A stretch of 64,000 nucleotides of DNA from Synechococcales cyanobacterium VAR_4_metabat_354 (lineage in GTDB: Bacteria > Cyanobacteriota > Cyanobacteriia > Cyanobacteriales > Chamaesiphonaceae): assembly GCA_031414775.1 (NCBI GenBank), contig JANOQI010000016.1:256001-320000 (forward strand), written 5' to 3'. This document shows, piece by piece, positions 30,608 to 38,985 of this stretch (position 1 is its first letter; every line of letters begins with the position of its first letter). The translations under genes were made by a program, and so were the position numbers. The notes beneath the pieces are model-generated. The model saw nothing but the letters and a program-made list of their open reading frames with translations, did not search any database and had not been told where the DNA came from.

Positions 30608-31342
30608 ATGGGTAAAGTTTATTTAGTAGGTGCTGGACCTGGCGATCCGGGCCTATTGACCATGAAAGCCTACCAGTTGTTAAGTCAGGCCGATATTGTC
30701 GTTTATGATGCCCTAGTCAGCCCCGAAATATTGGCGCTAATTGCTCCTACTGCCGAAAAAATTGACGCTGGGAAGCGGATGGGCAGGCATTCTTTGCTGC
30801 AAACGGATACTACCCGACTCCTAATTCAAAAAGCCCAACAGGCTGAAATTATTGTGAGGCTCAAAGGTGGGGATCCATTTATCTTTGGTCGGGGGGGAGA
30901 AGAAATGGCCGACTTGATGGCCGCTGGTATTGCCGTGGAAGTTGTGCCGGGAGTAACCGCTGGCATCGCCGCTCCAGCCTACGCTAACATTCCGCTCACC
31001 CACCGGGACTATAGTTCATCGGTCATTTTTGTGACTGGCCATGAGTCTGCTGGTAAATATCGACCAGCAGTTAATTGGACGGCGATCGCCCAGGCCGCTG
31101 AGACCATCGTGATTTATATGGGAGTGCACAATTTATCTTACATAGTCACTAAGTTACTTCAGTCCGGGCTACCTGCCGATCTGCCGATTGCCCTGATTCG
31201 GTGGGGGACTACTGCCCAGCAATCGGAGTTAATTGGTACCATCAGCACGATCGAACAACAGGTTCAGTTAACTAACTTTACTGCCCCGGCAGTAATAGTA
31301 GTGGGATCGATCGTCAATTTCCGTAAATTATTAGCCAAATAA
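30608..31342 (+). CDS. cobA: Uroporphyrinogen-III C-methyltransferase
   Basis: VYLVGAGPGDPGLLT, RLKGGDPFIFGRGGEE, IPLTHR. Confidence 0.95.
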   Translation: MGKVYLVGAGPGDPGLLTMKAYQLLSQADIVVYDALVSPEILALIAPTAEKIDAGKRMGRHSLLQTDTTRLLIQKAQQAEIIVRLKGGDPFIFGRGGEEMADLMAAGIAVEVVPGVTAGIAAPAYANIPLTHRDYSSSVIFVTGHESAGKYRPAVNWTAIAQAAETIVIYMGVHNLSYIVTKLLQSGLPADLPIALIRWGTTAQQSELIGTISTIEQQVQLTNFTAPAVIVVGSIVNFRKLLAK

Positions 31343-31639
31343 ATTTGCTAAAATTGCATGCTACATAAAAGCTACAAATACAATTGTTTGTCTAATCATT
31401 ACAGTTCCGGCCACCAATATTCACCAGTGTTCCGGCCATAAGTCCGAAGACAAAATAATTTAACTGCGCTATATTGCTGAAGGCTGAAATACTTTTGATG
31501 CAAAAGTGTTTCTCAACACTATGATTATGGGCATGTTAATTAATAATATGGAAAACATCGCAGCCATTATCTTGTACAGTATCCACAAATAATTAGGTTT
31601 GTAGAGCTTGTAGTAAAAGAATTAGTTCAGTCCCGGACT

Positions 31640-32917
31640 GTGTTAGCAAATAAAATTATGATCAGAAAGGCACAAGACAAAATCGTATATTCTTCTACAC
31701 AGAATTGGTTGAATTTGCTGATTCGTGATTCACTACTCCTCAAAGTAGTAGCTTGGCTGGGTAGTTCCAGCCTTGTGATTGTGGCACCGGTCGTTTCGGC
31801 AGAGTTCAATCCGCCACCAACTACTCCAGATTTAGCTACCCAGTCTTTGCCGCCAGTAGTGAGCGTCGCCAAAGACGAGCCTAGTGCGGCTGAACTTAAT
31901 CTTCATAATGATTTACTGACCGCAAATAACTTCACTGTCGCGGTTCAAAGCAATTCATCTGCACCCATTCACCACTACTACTCTAGGGCTGGAGTACCAT
32001 TAGCAGTCAAGGTACCAGTACCTGTTGATTGTAATCGCAGTACAAGTCAATTGGTAAGCAGTTTGTGCAGTCGGATTCGCCCACAGAGCAAAATCACTGC
32101 TAGTGTTCGTCATTCTGTAGTTCCCACCAGAATTATGCCTGCCGTTCAACCATTGCCAGCAGTCAAAAGTAACATCACCCAGTCGGTCATCAAGCCGATC
32201 GCCATACCACAGCGCTTTCAAAGACCTCAGTCTTTAGCACAGCGGCTAGTACCTGAGTCGGTTGCGCTCTATGTGGCTCCGCCTCAAAGCAACGAAATCC
32301 CCAATCGAACAGTAGCGCCGCTGAGCAAAATCCCAACGGTCAGTCGGCCAGCTGTACCGAGTATTTCTCCCATTCCGACAGTAGTGGCAGCTAGCAAAAC
32401 ACCAGCCAGTTCTCCGCTAGTGCTCGCTAATAATTATCGAGCCGCCAGTAATTTTATTTATCCGTTAGCTAGTCCCGCACCGGTGACTTCACGCTTTGGC
32501 TGGCGGGTTCATCCGATTACTGGTAATCGCCGTTTTCATGCTGGTACAGACTTTGGTGCGCCAGAAGGTGCTCCGATTGTGGCAGTTGCTACCGGTCGGG
32601 TAGTAGTGTCGGGTTGGCATGGTGGTTATGGAAAGGCAGTTGTCATTGAACACAACGGCCAACTTCAGACTCTTTACGGCCACATGTCGGAAGTATTAGT
32701 GCAAGAGGGTCAAGAAATTCAGCAGGGTACAGTAATTGGGCGAGTGGGCAGTACTGGTCGTTCTACTGGCGCTCATCTACACTTTGAAACCCAAGCCCCC
32801 ACTAATGATGGCTGGGTAGCAGTTGATCCAAATATGGATCTTCAGTATGCGCTGAATAATCTGCAACAGGCGATTGATCAAAATCGCCAGAGTGACGTTT
32901 TGGATAAGCCTTTGTAG
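31640..32917 (+). CDS. M23 family metallopeptidase with long low-complexity N-terminal region
   Basis: HAGTD, GGYG, TLYGH, GSTGRSTGAHLHFE; start uncertain. Confidence 0.88.
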   Translation: MLANKIMIRKAQDKIVYSSTQNWLNLLIRDSLLLKVVAWLGSSSLVIVAPVVSAEFNPPPTTPDLATQSLPPVVSVAKDEPSAAELNLHNDLLTANNFTVAVQSNSSAPIHHYYSRAGVPLAVKVPVPVDCNRSTSQLVSSLCSRIRPQSKITASVRHSVVPTRIMPAVQPLPAVKSNITQSVIKPIAIPQRFQRPQSLAQRLVPESVALYVAPPQSNEIPNRTVAPLSKIPTVSRPAVPSISPIPTVVAASKTPASSPLVLANNYRAASNFIYPLASPAPVTSRFGWRVHPITGNRRFHAGTDFGAPEGAPIVAVATGRVVVSGWHGGYGKAVVIEHNGQLQTLYGHMSEVLVQEGQEIQQGTVIGRVGSTGRSTGAHLHFETQAPTNDGWVAVDPNMDLQYALNNLQQAIDQNRQSDVLDKPL

Positions 32918-33096
32918 CTAGATCTAACTCAGCTGGACATAATTATTATTTATTGATGAGATATACTTGCTAGGCTGAATTTTAGCTTAGCGAGATAACT
33001 TTTTCAGTGATCTGTTTGATGACTAAATAGAACAGCCAGTGTAGCGATCGACAAGATAATATCGGAATGGAGTTTCTGGCGATTAACAACCCGGCT

Positions 33097-33858
33097 ATGA
33101 CCTATTGTCTTGGAATTATAACTAGTGGCGGCTTAGTAATTGCGGCTGATTCGCGCACCAATGCTGGGGTAGATTATGTTTCCAGTTATCAGAAAATATT
33201 TGATTTTTCGCAGCCCGGTGAGCGGGTTATTTTAATCTGTACATCGGGTAATTTATCTATTACTCAAGCAGTAATTGCCGGTATTCGGCAGGATCTTAAA
33301 TCCCTAGATAGTGAAAATTTACACAATATTTCTAGCTTGTACGAAATCACTTACTATATTGGCCAAAAGCTGCGGCAGATCCAAGCCCAAGAACGCCCTT
33401 GGCTAGAGAAAGACCAAATAGATTATCACTGTAATTTTTTGTTGGGTGGTCAGGTGATCAGTGAACCGGCTGAACTGTATTTAATTTATAGTCAGGGGAA
33501 CTTCATTCAGGCCATGCCTGATACACCTTTTTTGCAAATTGGTGAAACCAAGTATGGCAAGCCCATTCTTGATCGCACACTCACCTACGATACATCTTTA
33601 GAAGATGCGGCAAAATCAGCGCTGCTATCGATCGACTCCACGATGAAGTCCAATATTTCGGTGGGGCCGCCGATTAATTTAGTGATGTATCAGAGTGATA
33701 GCTTTGTCTTGAGGCACCAACTACGTTTGCGGCGTGGCGATCCCTATCTAGCGAAAATTCGGACCCAGTGGGAAGAATCTTTGCGGGCAGCTTTTGAGCG
33801 GATGCCCAGCGTTGATTGGCAGCAGTCTCAGCCGGATACCAACGCTACTGATTTTTGA
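33097..33858 (+). CDS. Proteasome-type Ntn peptidase (Anbu)
   Basis: MTYCLG (Thr1 after Met removal), DSRTNAGVD, SGNLSITQ, QIGETKYGKPILDR, STMKSNISVGPP. Confidence 0.9.
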   Translation: MTYCLGIITSGGLVIAADSRTNAGVDYVSSYQKIFDFSQPGERVILICTSGNLSITQAVIAGIRQDLKSLDSENLHNISSLYEITYYIGQKLRQIQAQERPWLEKDQIDYHCNFLLGGQVISEPAELYLIYSQGNFIQAMPDTPFLQIGETKYGKPILDRTLTYDTSLEDAAKSALLSIDSTMKSNISVGPPINLVMYQSDSFVLRHQLRLRRGDPYLAKIRTQWEESLRAAFERMPSVDWQQSQPDTNATDF

Positions 33859-34736
33859 ATGGTGAGCTGATATTTCATGGTGGATTGAGCTACCTGACCA
33901 GTCTGGATGGTGCCAGTGATCAGTGCCGCTTGGGGGGGCAGCGGGCTAGCGACCAGGGCAATATGGTCATCAGCGACAGCCAGACCATGAGTGGGATCAT
34001 AACCGCGCCAACCAGCTCCCGGCAAGTAAACTTCTGCCCAAGCATGGAGCTGTTGTTGCTCTGGTGGGGACAACTCGTCCACCATCATTTCTGCACTACT
34101 CTCTTGATAGCCACTCACAAATCGGGTGGCTAAACCAACTGATCGGCAGACTTCCATAAATAACACGGCCAGATCGCGGCAGGAGCCAGCCTGCTGTGAC
34201 CAGGTAATTCCTGGTGGTAAGGGTTCACCGGTCTCTCGAAATAGGTACTGACAGTTTTGATAAATGCGTTGATTGAGCAGCAGTAAAAAATCTAGGGTTT
34301 GACCATTAGTGGACAGCCAGATTTCTTGTCCTAACTGGGTTGCGACTGGATCGATCGACACTGACCTAGATAAATAACCGATCAAATAGGGCTGAAGCTG
34401 TTGCCATAAAATAGCGGGGTAATCGATCGGCAACTGCACCGCCCCAGTTGCTAACAAATATTGGAAAGGATTGACCAGATTGGTTTCCACCTGCGACTGG
34501 CTGTGGATGGTCAAATGGGCAGTCGGAACTTGCTCAAACCAGGCAGTAGTCATAACATTGCCATCTAGCTCCAAACTGTCGTATCGCTGGAGTGGTATAG
34601 GGGTGATGTGTAACGAAAATTGTTGGAGCTGCTGGAAAGAGTCACAACGAGGCCGGAGCCGCAGGCGATGTGCCGCCAGCACTACCGGGCGATCGTATTG
34701 GTAATCGATCGTATGAGAAATTTGGTACAAGGACAT
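33828..34736 (-). CDS. Transglutaminase-like protein with bacterial N-terminal domain
   Basis: H.LRLRPR N-domain; triad GSCRD, HAWAEVY, GYDPT. Confidence 0.92.
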   Translation of the reverse strand: MSLYQISHTIDYQYDRPVVLAAHRLRLRPRCDSFQQLQQFSLHITPIPLQRYDSLELDGNVMTTAWFEQVPTAHLTIHSQSQVETNLVNPFQYLLATGAVQLPIDYPAILWQQLQPYLIGYLSRSVSIDPVATQLGQEIWLSTNGQTLDFLLLLNQRIYQNCQYLFRETGEPLPPGITWSQQAGSCRDLAVLFMEVCRSVGLATRFVSGYQESSAEMMVDELSPPEQQQLHAWAEVYLPGAGWRGYDPTHGLAVADDHIALVASPLPPQAALITGTIQTGQVAQSTMKYQLTIQKSVALVSG

Positions 34737-34773
34737 GGGTATGAAGAGCTGGTGGTTTCAACCGCGTAGAGAA

Positions 34774-35724
34774 CTAAGCAACAGATTGGATGTCAAAGAA
34801 CTTCTGCGAAATACATTCTCCCACCTGGTTGATCTGGACTTCTGTCTCATCTAGAAACTCGTGCAAACCGCTCTGCATAATTTCTTCAATCGTCATAAAA
34901 TCAATCTGCGATCGGAGTTTTCCCAATTTGCGCTCCGCTGGGTTGCCCCACCGACCAGCACTGCCCCCAGTAATTTGAAACAAAGACTTTTCGGCCTGAA
35001 TCAAGCAAAACTGAATAGAACGGGGAAAATCTCGCTCGAAGATTAAAAATTGGGCGACATCTTGAGGACTAATCCGATGACGGCTCTTTCGATACATTTC
35101 GTAGCCACTAGTGGATTTCAACAGGGCAATCCATTGCAATTCGTCTAAGGTAATACCGATCTGGCCGCTCGTCGGCAATAAAATAAAATATTTAACATCT
35201 AAGATTCGTGCCGTTTTATCAGCCCGCTCCAGCAGCCGACCTGCCCGGCCAAAGTGCCAGCCCTCATTGTGGGACATGGTGGCACCCATTACCCCCGCAA
35301 ACAGATGGCTAGCCATTTTAACCTCAGCAAAAAAACGCGGTAATTCCAGCAAATTTTCGGACTGAGCGGCATCTTTCACCATCAAATAAAAAGCATTGAC
35401 CTGCTCCCACATTTCTGAGGAAATGACCTCACGGATCGATCGAGCATTTTCCCGGGCGGCTAGCAAACAAGACAAGATCGAGCTGGGATAGGTGGCATCA
35501 AAAGTCAAAAACCTGATCACATTAGCAGCAGTTGGCTGGTCATAACGACTCCGAAATATTTCTAGATCACCAGTTGTCGTCACGATCGGCTCCCACTGTT
35601 GATTAATATCTACCGGGGCATCCAACAATAAATTAAGATTCACATCTACAAAGCGCGCAATATTTTCTGCCCTTTCCACATAACGATTTAGCCAATAGAT
35701 CGAATCCGCGACACGACTAAGCAT
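34774..35724 (-). CDS. Alpha-E domain protein (DUF403)
   Basis: MLSRVA.SIYWL.RYVERAEN.AR, ARENAR.IRE.IS.EMWE, second LERAD.TARILDVKY. Confidence 0.92.
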   Translation of the reverse strand: MLSRVADSIYWLNRYVERAENIARFVDVNLNLLLDAPVDINQQWEPIVTTTGDLEIFRSRYDQPTAANVIRFLTFDATYPSSILSCLLAARENARSIREVISSEMWEQVNAFYLMVKDAAQSENLLELPRFFAEVKMASHLFAGVMGATMSHNEGWHFGRAGRLLERADKTARILDVKYFILLPTSGQIGITLDELQWIALLKSTSGYEMYRKSRHRISPQDVAQFLIFERDFPRSIQFCLIQAEKSLFQITGGSAGRWGNPAERKLGKLRSQIDFMTIEEIMQSGLHEFLDETEVQINQVGECISQKFFDIQSVA

Positions 35725-37168
35725 TAGATAGTTCTCCTGATTGCATGACCCAAGTATCTTTACTGCCCCCGCCCTGCGAAGAATTTACGACCAGTGACCC
35801 TTTCTTTAGGGCAACGCGGGTCAAACCACCGGGACTGATGTAAATATCTTGGCCATATAAAATATATGGACGCAGGTCTACATGGCAACCTTCAATGCGA
35901 TCTTCAAATAGAGTCGGTACCCTGGATAAGCAAAGAGTCGGCTGAGCAATGTAGTTGCGGGGGTGAGCTTTAATTAGCTCCGCAAAACTGGCCTGTTCTG
36001 CGGGGGTAGAATGTGGCCCCACCAACATCCCATAACCGCCCGACTCGCTGGCAGCCTTGACCACTAGCTTGTCCAAATTGGCCAGGACATGCTGCTGCTG
36101 TTTTGGTTCCCAGCATAGGTAAGTAGGTACGTTGGGTAGCAGTTGCTCTTCGTCTAGATAGTACTTAATGATCTGGGGGACGTAGGCATAAATGGCCTTG
36201 TCATCAGCAACCCCCGTACCCAAGGCGTTAGCGATCGCCACTCTTCCGGCCTGGTAAACACCCATCAACCCGGGTATTCCCAATAAAGAATCAGACCGGA
36301 AGGCCAAAGGATCGATAAAATTATCATCAATGCGACGGTACACCACATCGACTTTCTCCAATCCTTTGGTGGTGCGCATTTGCAAATAGCCGTTCGCCAC
36401 CACTAAGTCGCGACTTTCTACCAGTTGTACTCCCATTTGTTGTGCCAAAAAGGAATGCTCAAAATAGGCTGAGTTGTACATGCCCGGTGTCAGCACCACC
36501 ACTACCGGATTTTCAATACTATTGGTTGCTAAATGGAGTAGGGTGTGGAGAAGATGACTGGCGAAGTCTTCCACTGGCTGAATTGACCCTTGGTTAAAAA
36601 TTTGCGGAAAAGTAGACTTCATCACCCGTCGGTTTTCGAGAACGTAAGAAATCCCAGAAGGACAGCGCAAATTGTCTTCGAGAACATACCATTGCCCATC
36701 TCGATCGCGGACTAAATCAGTGCCGGTAATGTGGCACCAAATTCCTTGGGGTGGCTGCAATCCCATACAGGGTTTTAAAAATCCGGTGGCAGAATAAATT
36801 AATTCGGCGGGAATAATGCCATCGGTGATAATTTTTTGGTCGCCATAAATATCACTCAAAAACAAATTGAGGGCATGAATCCGCTGCTTTAAGCCTTTTT
36901 CTAATACGGCCCATTCTTGAGCAGCAACGATCCGAGGAATAATATCAAAGGGTAAGATCCGCTCAGCGCCCTCTCGATCGCTATACACATTGAAAGTCAC
37001 ACCCATCTTGAACAGCGTACTCTGAGCCATGGCTTGCCGTTGGTGCAGCTCTTCGATCGATAGTTGGGCGATCTTGGCAATTAAAGTTGCCGCAGCCGAC
37101 CGGGGCTGGCCGGGGGCGGCAAAAAGTTCATCGTAAAAATCACCGGGATGGTATTGGTTTAATGGCAC
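35717..37168 (-). CDS. Circularly permuted type 2 ATP-grasp protein
   Basis: PFDIIPR, GTDLVRD, VLEDNLRCPSGISY, YRRIDD, GGLTRVAL, VVNSSQGGGSKDTWV; overlaps alpha-E start. Confidence 0.93.
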   Translation of the reverse strand: MPLNQYHPGDFYDELFAAPGQPRSAAATLIAKIAQLSIEELHQRQAMAQSTLFKMGVTFNVYSDREGAERILPFDIIPRIVAAQEWAVLEKGLKQRIHALNLFLSDIYGDQKIITDGIIPAELIYSATGFLKPCMGLQPPQGIWCHITGTDLVRDRDGQWYVLEDNLRCPSGISYVLENRRVMKSTFPQIFNQGSIQPVEDFASHLLHTLLHLATNSIENPVVVVLTPGMYNSAYFEHSFLAQQMGVQLVESRDLVVANGYLQMRTTKGLEKVDVVYRRIDDNFIDPLAFRSDSLLGIPGLMGVYQAGRVAIANALGTGVADDKAIYAYVPQIIKYYLDEEQLLPNVPTYLCWEPKQQQHVLANLDKLVVKAASESGGYGMLVGPHSTPAEQASFAELIKAHPRNYIAQPTLCLSRVPTLFEDRIEGCHVDLRPYILYGQDIYISPGGLTRVALKKGSLVVNSSQGGGSKDTWVMQSGELSNA

Positions 37169-37236
37169 GTTAATGGGAGTGGAAATTATTTTTGTTTCTT
37201 ATATTATTGAATAAACTTTTGGGGAGGAGTAAAACT

Positions 37237-37250
37237 GTATTTTCAGATAC
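37237..37250. promoter_or_regulatory. Putative NtcA binding site
   Basis: GTA-TTTTCAGA-TAC (GTA-N8-TAC) about 70 nt upstream of the ATP-grasp start. Confidence 0.6.
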
Positions 37251-37645
37251 CACTGAATAGATTTATGGTGAAAATATCCATAAAATTTTTCAAGATTTGT
37301 GAGAAGTTGAGATGAAGAACCAAGCCATGATAGGATAAAAAAAGTTTGAGCTACATGTTGAAGCATTTTGCAATCAGTGAGCCTTTTTTGCAGTCAATCT
37401 ACTACTGCCTCTGGACACAAACTATCGTCCAGACCACTGAATAAGCACAGCGAAATGAAGAGTGTACTTTTCAACTCAGCCAGAATTTTCAAGCGTATAG
37501 AGTAAGCACAATTGCATCTATCCCTAGATGTCTATTTACAGTGCTTAATGGTGAATTTTTGATGCCTAATATATTCAGAGCTAACTCTGATATTTCCTAA
37601 TTCACCAGACCCTGTTGTTTCCTAATGTCTGAAGACATTTTTGTC

Positions 37646-37981
37646 ATGAAGAAATCTTTAATCGCATCTCTAGTAATTAGTTCGATCGCTTTAACTGGAT
37701 TCAGTACAATTCCCAGTTCCTTCGCCCAAAGTACACCTTCTAGCACTCCTACCATGACACCACCAGGTGGTGGTTCTGGCTCGACACCTTCTAGTGATCC
37801 TACGATGACACCACCTAGTGGCGGTTCTGACTCGACAGCACCCGGTGGATCCATGCCTACTACTACCCCTAGTGCTTCACCAAGCACGATCAAGAAGACT
37901 ATTACACCGAAAAAGAAGAAAAAAACTACCTCCAGAAAGAGAGTGAGTAAGAAAGTAGGCTCAATGACCCCTCGGTACTAG
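37646..37981 (+). CDS. Small secreted Ser/Thr/Pro/Gly-rich protein with Lys-rich tail
   Basis: Sec-type signal MKKSLIAS...SFA/Q, internal repeat, KKKKK tail. Confidence 0.75.
   Translation: MKKSLIASLVISSIALTGFSTIPSSFAQSTPSSTPTMTPPGGGSGSTPSSDPTMTPPSGGSDSTAPGGSMPTTTPSASPSTIKKTITPKKKKKTTSRKRVSKKVGSMTPRY
37730..37831 (+). repeat. Imperfect 51-bp tandem duplication inside CDS
   Basis: STPSSTPTMTPPGGGSG / STPSSDPTMTPPSGGSD. Confidence 0.85.
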
Positions 37982-38185
37982 GTAATCTAAATCTGAGTTG
38001 GCAAATTTTAGTAGTTTGTCGCAGCTTGATCTTTAGTTTAAGGTCAAGCTGCTTTTTGCTAGCTGACCAACAGGATCATCATCATTTATGCCGCCGACCA
38101 AATCGACAAGGGACATTAGTGATAAATAGAGACAGAACGCAACGAAGATATATAATTGGGCGGCAATCTTTGTGGAACGGAGTGA

Positions 38186-38980
38186 ATGCAAATAGCGACT
38201 TGGAATGTCAACTCGATCCGCACCCGGTTGACAATTGTCTGTAATTGGCTTCAGCAGCAGCCAGTAGATGTACTCTGTCTGCAAGAAACCAAAGTTACTG
38301 ATGAACAATTTCCGCGATCAGCTTTTACCGATTTAGGCTACCAGGTCTATATTTCTGGTCAAAAATCTTATAACGGCGTGGCGCTGGTCAGTAAACAGCC
38401 TTTAACCAATGTCAGCGTGGGTTTTGCTGGAGGGCTAGGAGCTGATACTGTTGGCGACTTGGATGATCAGAAGCGAGTAATTACTGGTCAGATCGGCGAT
38501 GTCACGATCGTGAATTTATATGTACCCAATGGCAGCGAGGTGAATAGCGAGAAATATCATTACAAATTGCAGTGGCTAGCTCTACTTCAGCAGTATTTAG
38601 CCGCCCAGTTAGACAAATCGCTTTGTGTCTGTGGTGATTTTAATATTGCGATGAGTCCCCTCGATATTTACACCAAAAAGCCCGCTGCTCATATTATGGC
38701 TTCGCCCGCTGAGCGTGCTGCTCTCCAGGCCGCTGTCTTCGATCAAGGGTTGCAGGATGTGTTTCGGCATTTTACTAGTGAAACTGGGCATTTTAGCTGG
38801 TGGGACTACCGTCAACAAGGTTATCCCAAGAATCGCGGTTGGCGGATTGATCACATCTATCTCAGTCCTAATTTGATTGATCGGTCTACAGGCTGTACGA
38901 TCGATAGAGCGCCAAGAGAATTAGAGCAACCCAGTGACCATACTCCAGTAATTGTTGAGATCGAAAACATCCTCAATTAA
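38186..38980 (+). CDS. xth: Exodeoxyribonuclease III
   Basis: IATWNVNSIR, LCLQETK, YVPNG, GDFN, WWDYR, RIDH, SDHTP. Confidence 0.95.
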   Translation: MQIATWNVNSIRTRLTIVCNWLQQQPVDVLCLQETKVTDEQFPRSAFTDLGYQVYISGQKSYNGVALVSKQPLTNVSVGFAGGLGADTVGDLDDQKRVITGQIGDVTIVNLYVPNGSEVNSEKYHYKLQWLALLQQYLAAQLDKSLCVCGDFNIAMSPLDIYTKKPAAHIMASPAERAALQAAVFDQGLQDVFRHFTSETGHFSWWDYRQQGYPKNRGWRIDHIYLSPNLIDRSTGCTIDRAPRELEQPSDHTPVIVEIENILN

Positions 38981-38985
38981 ACTCT

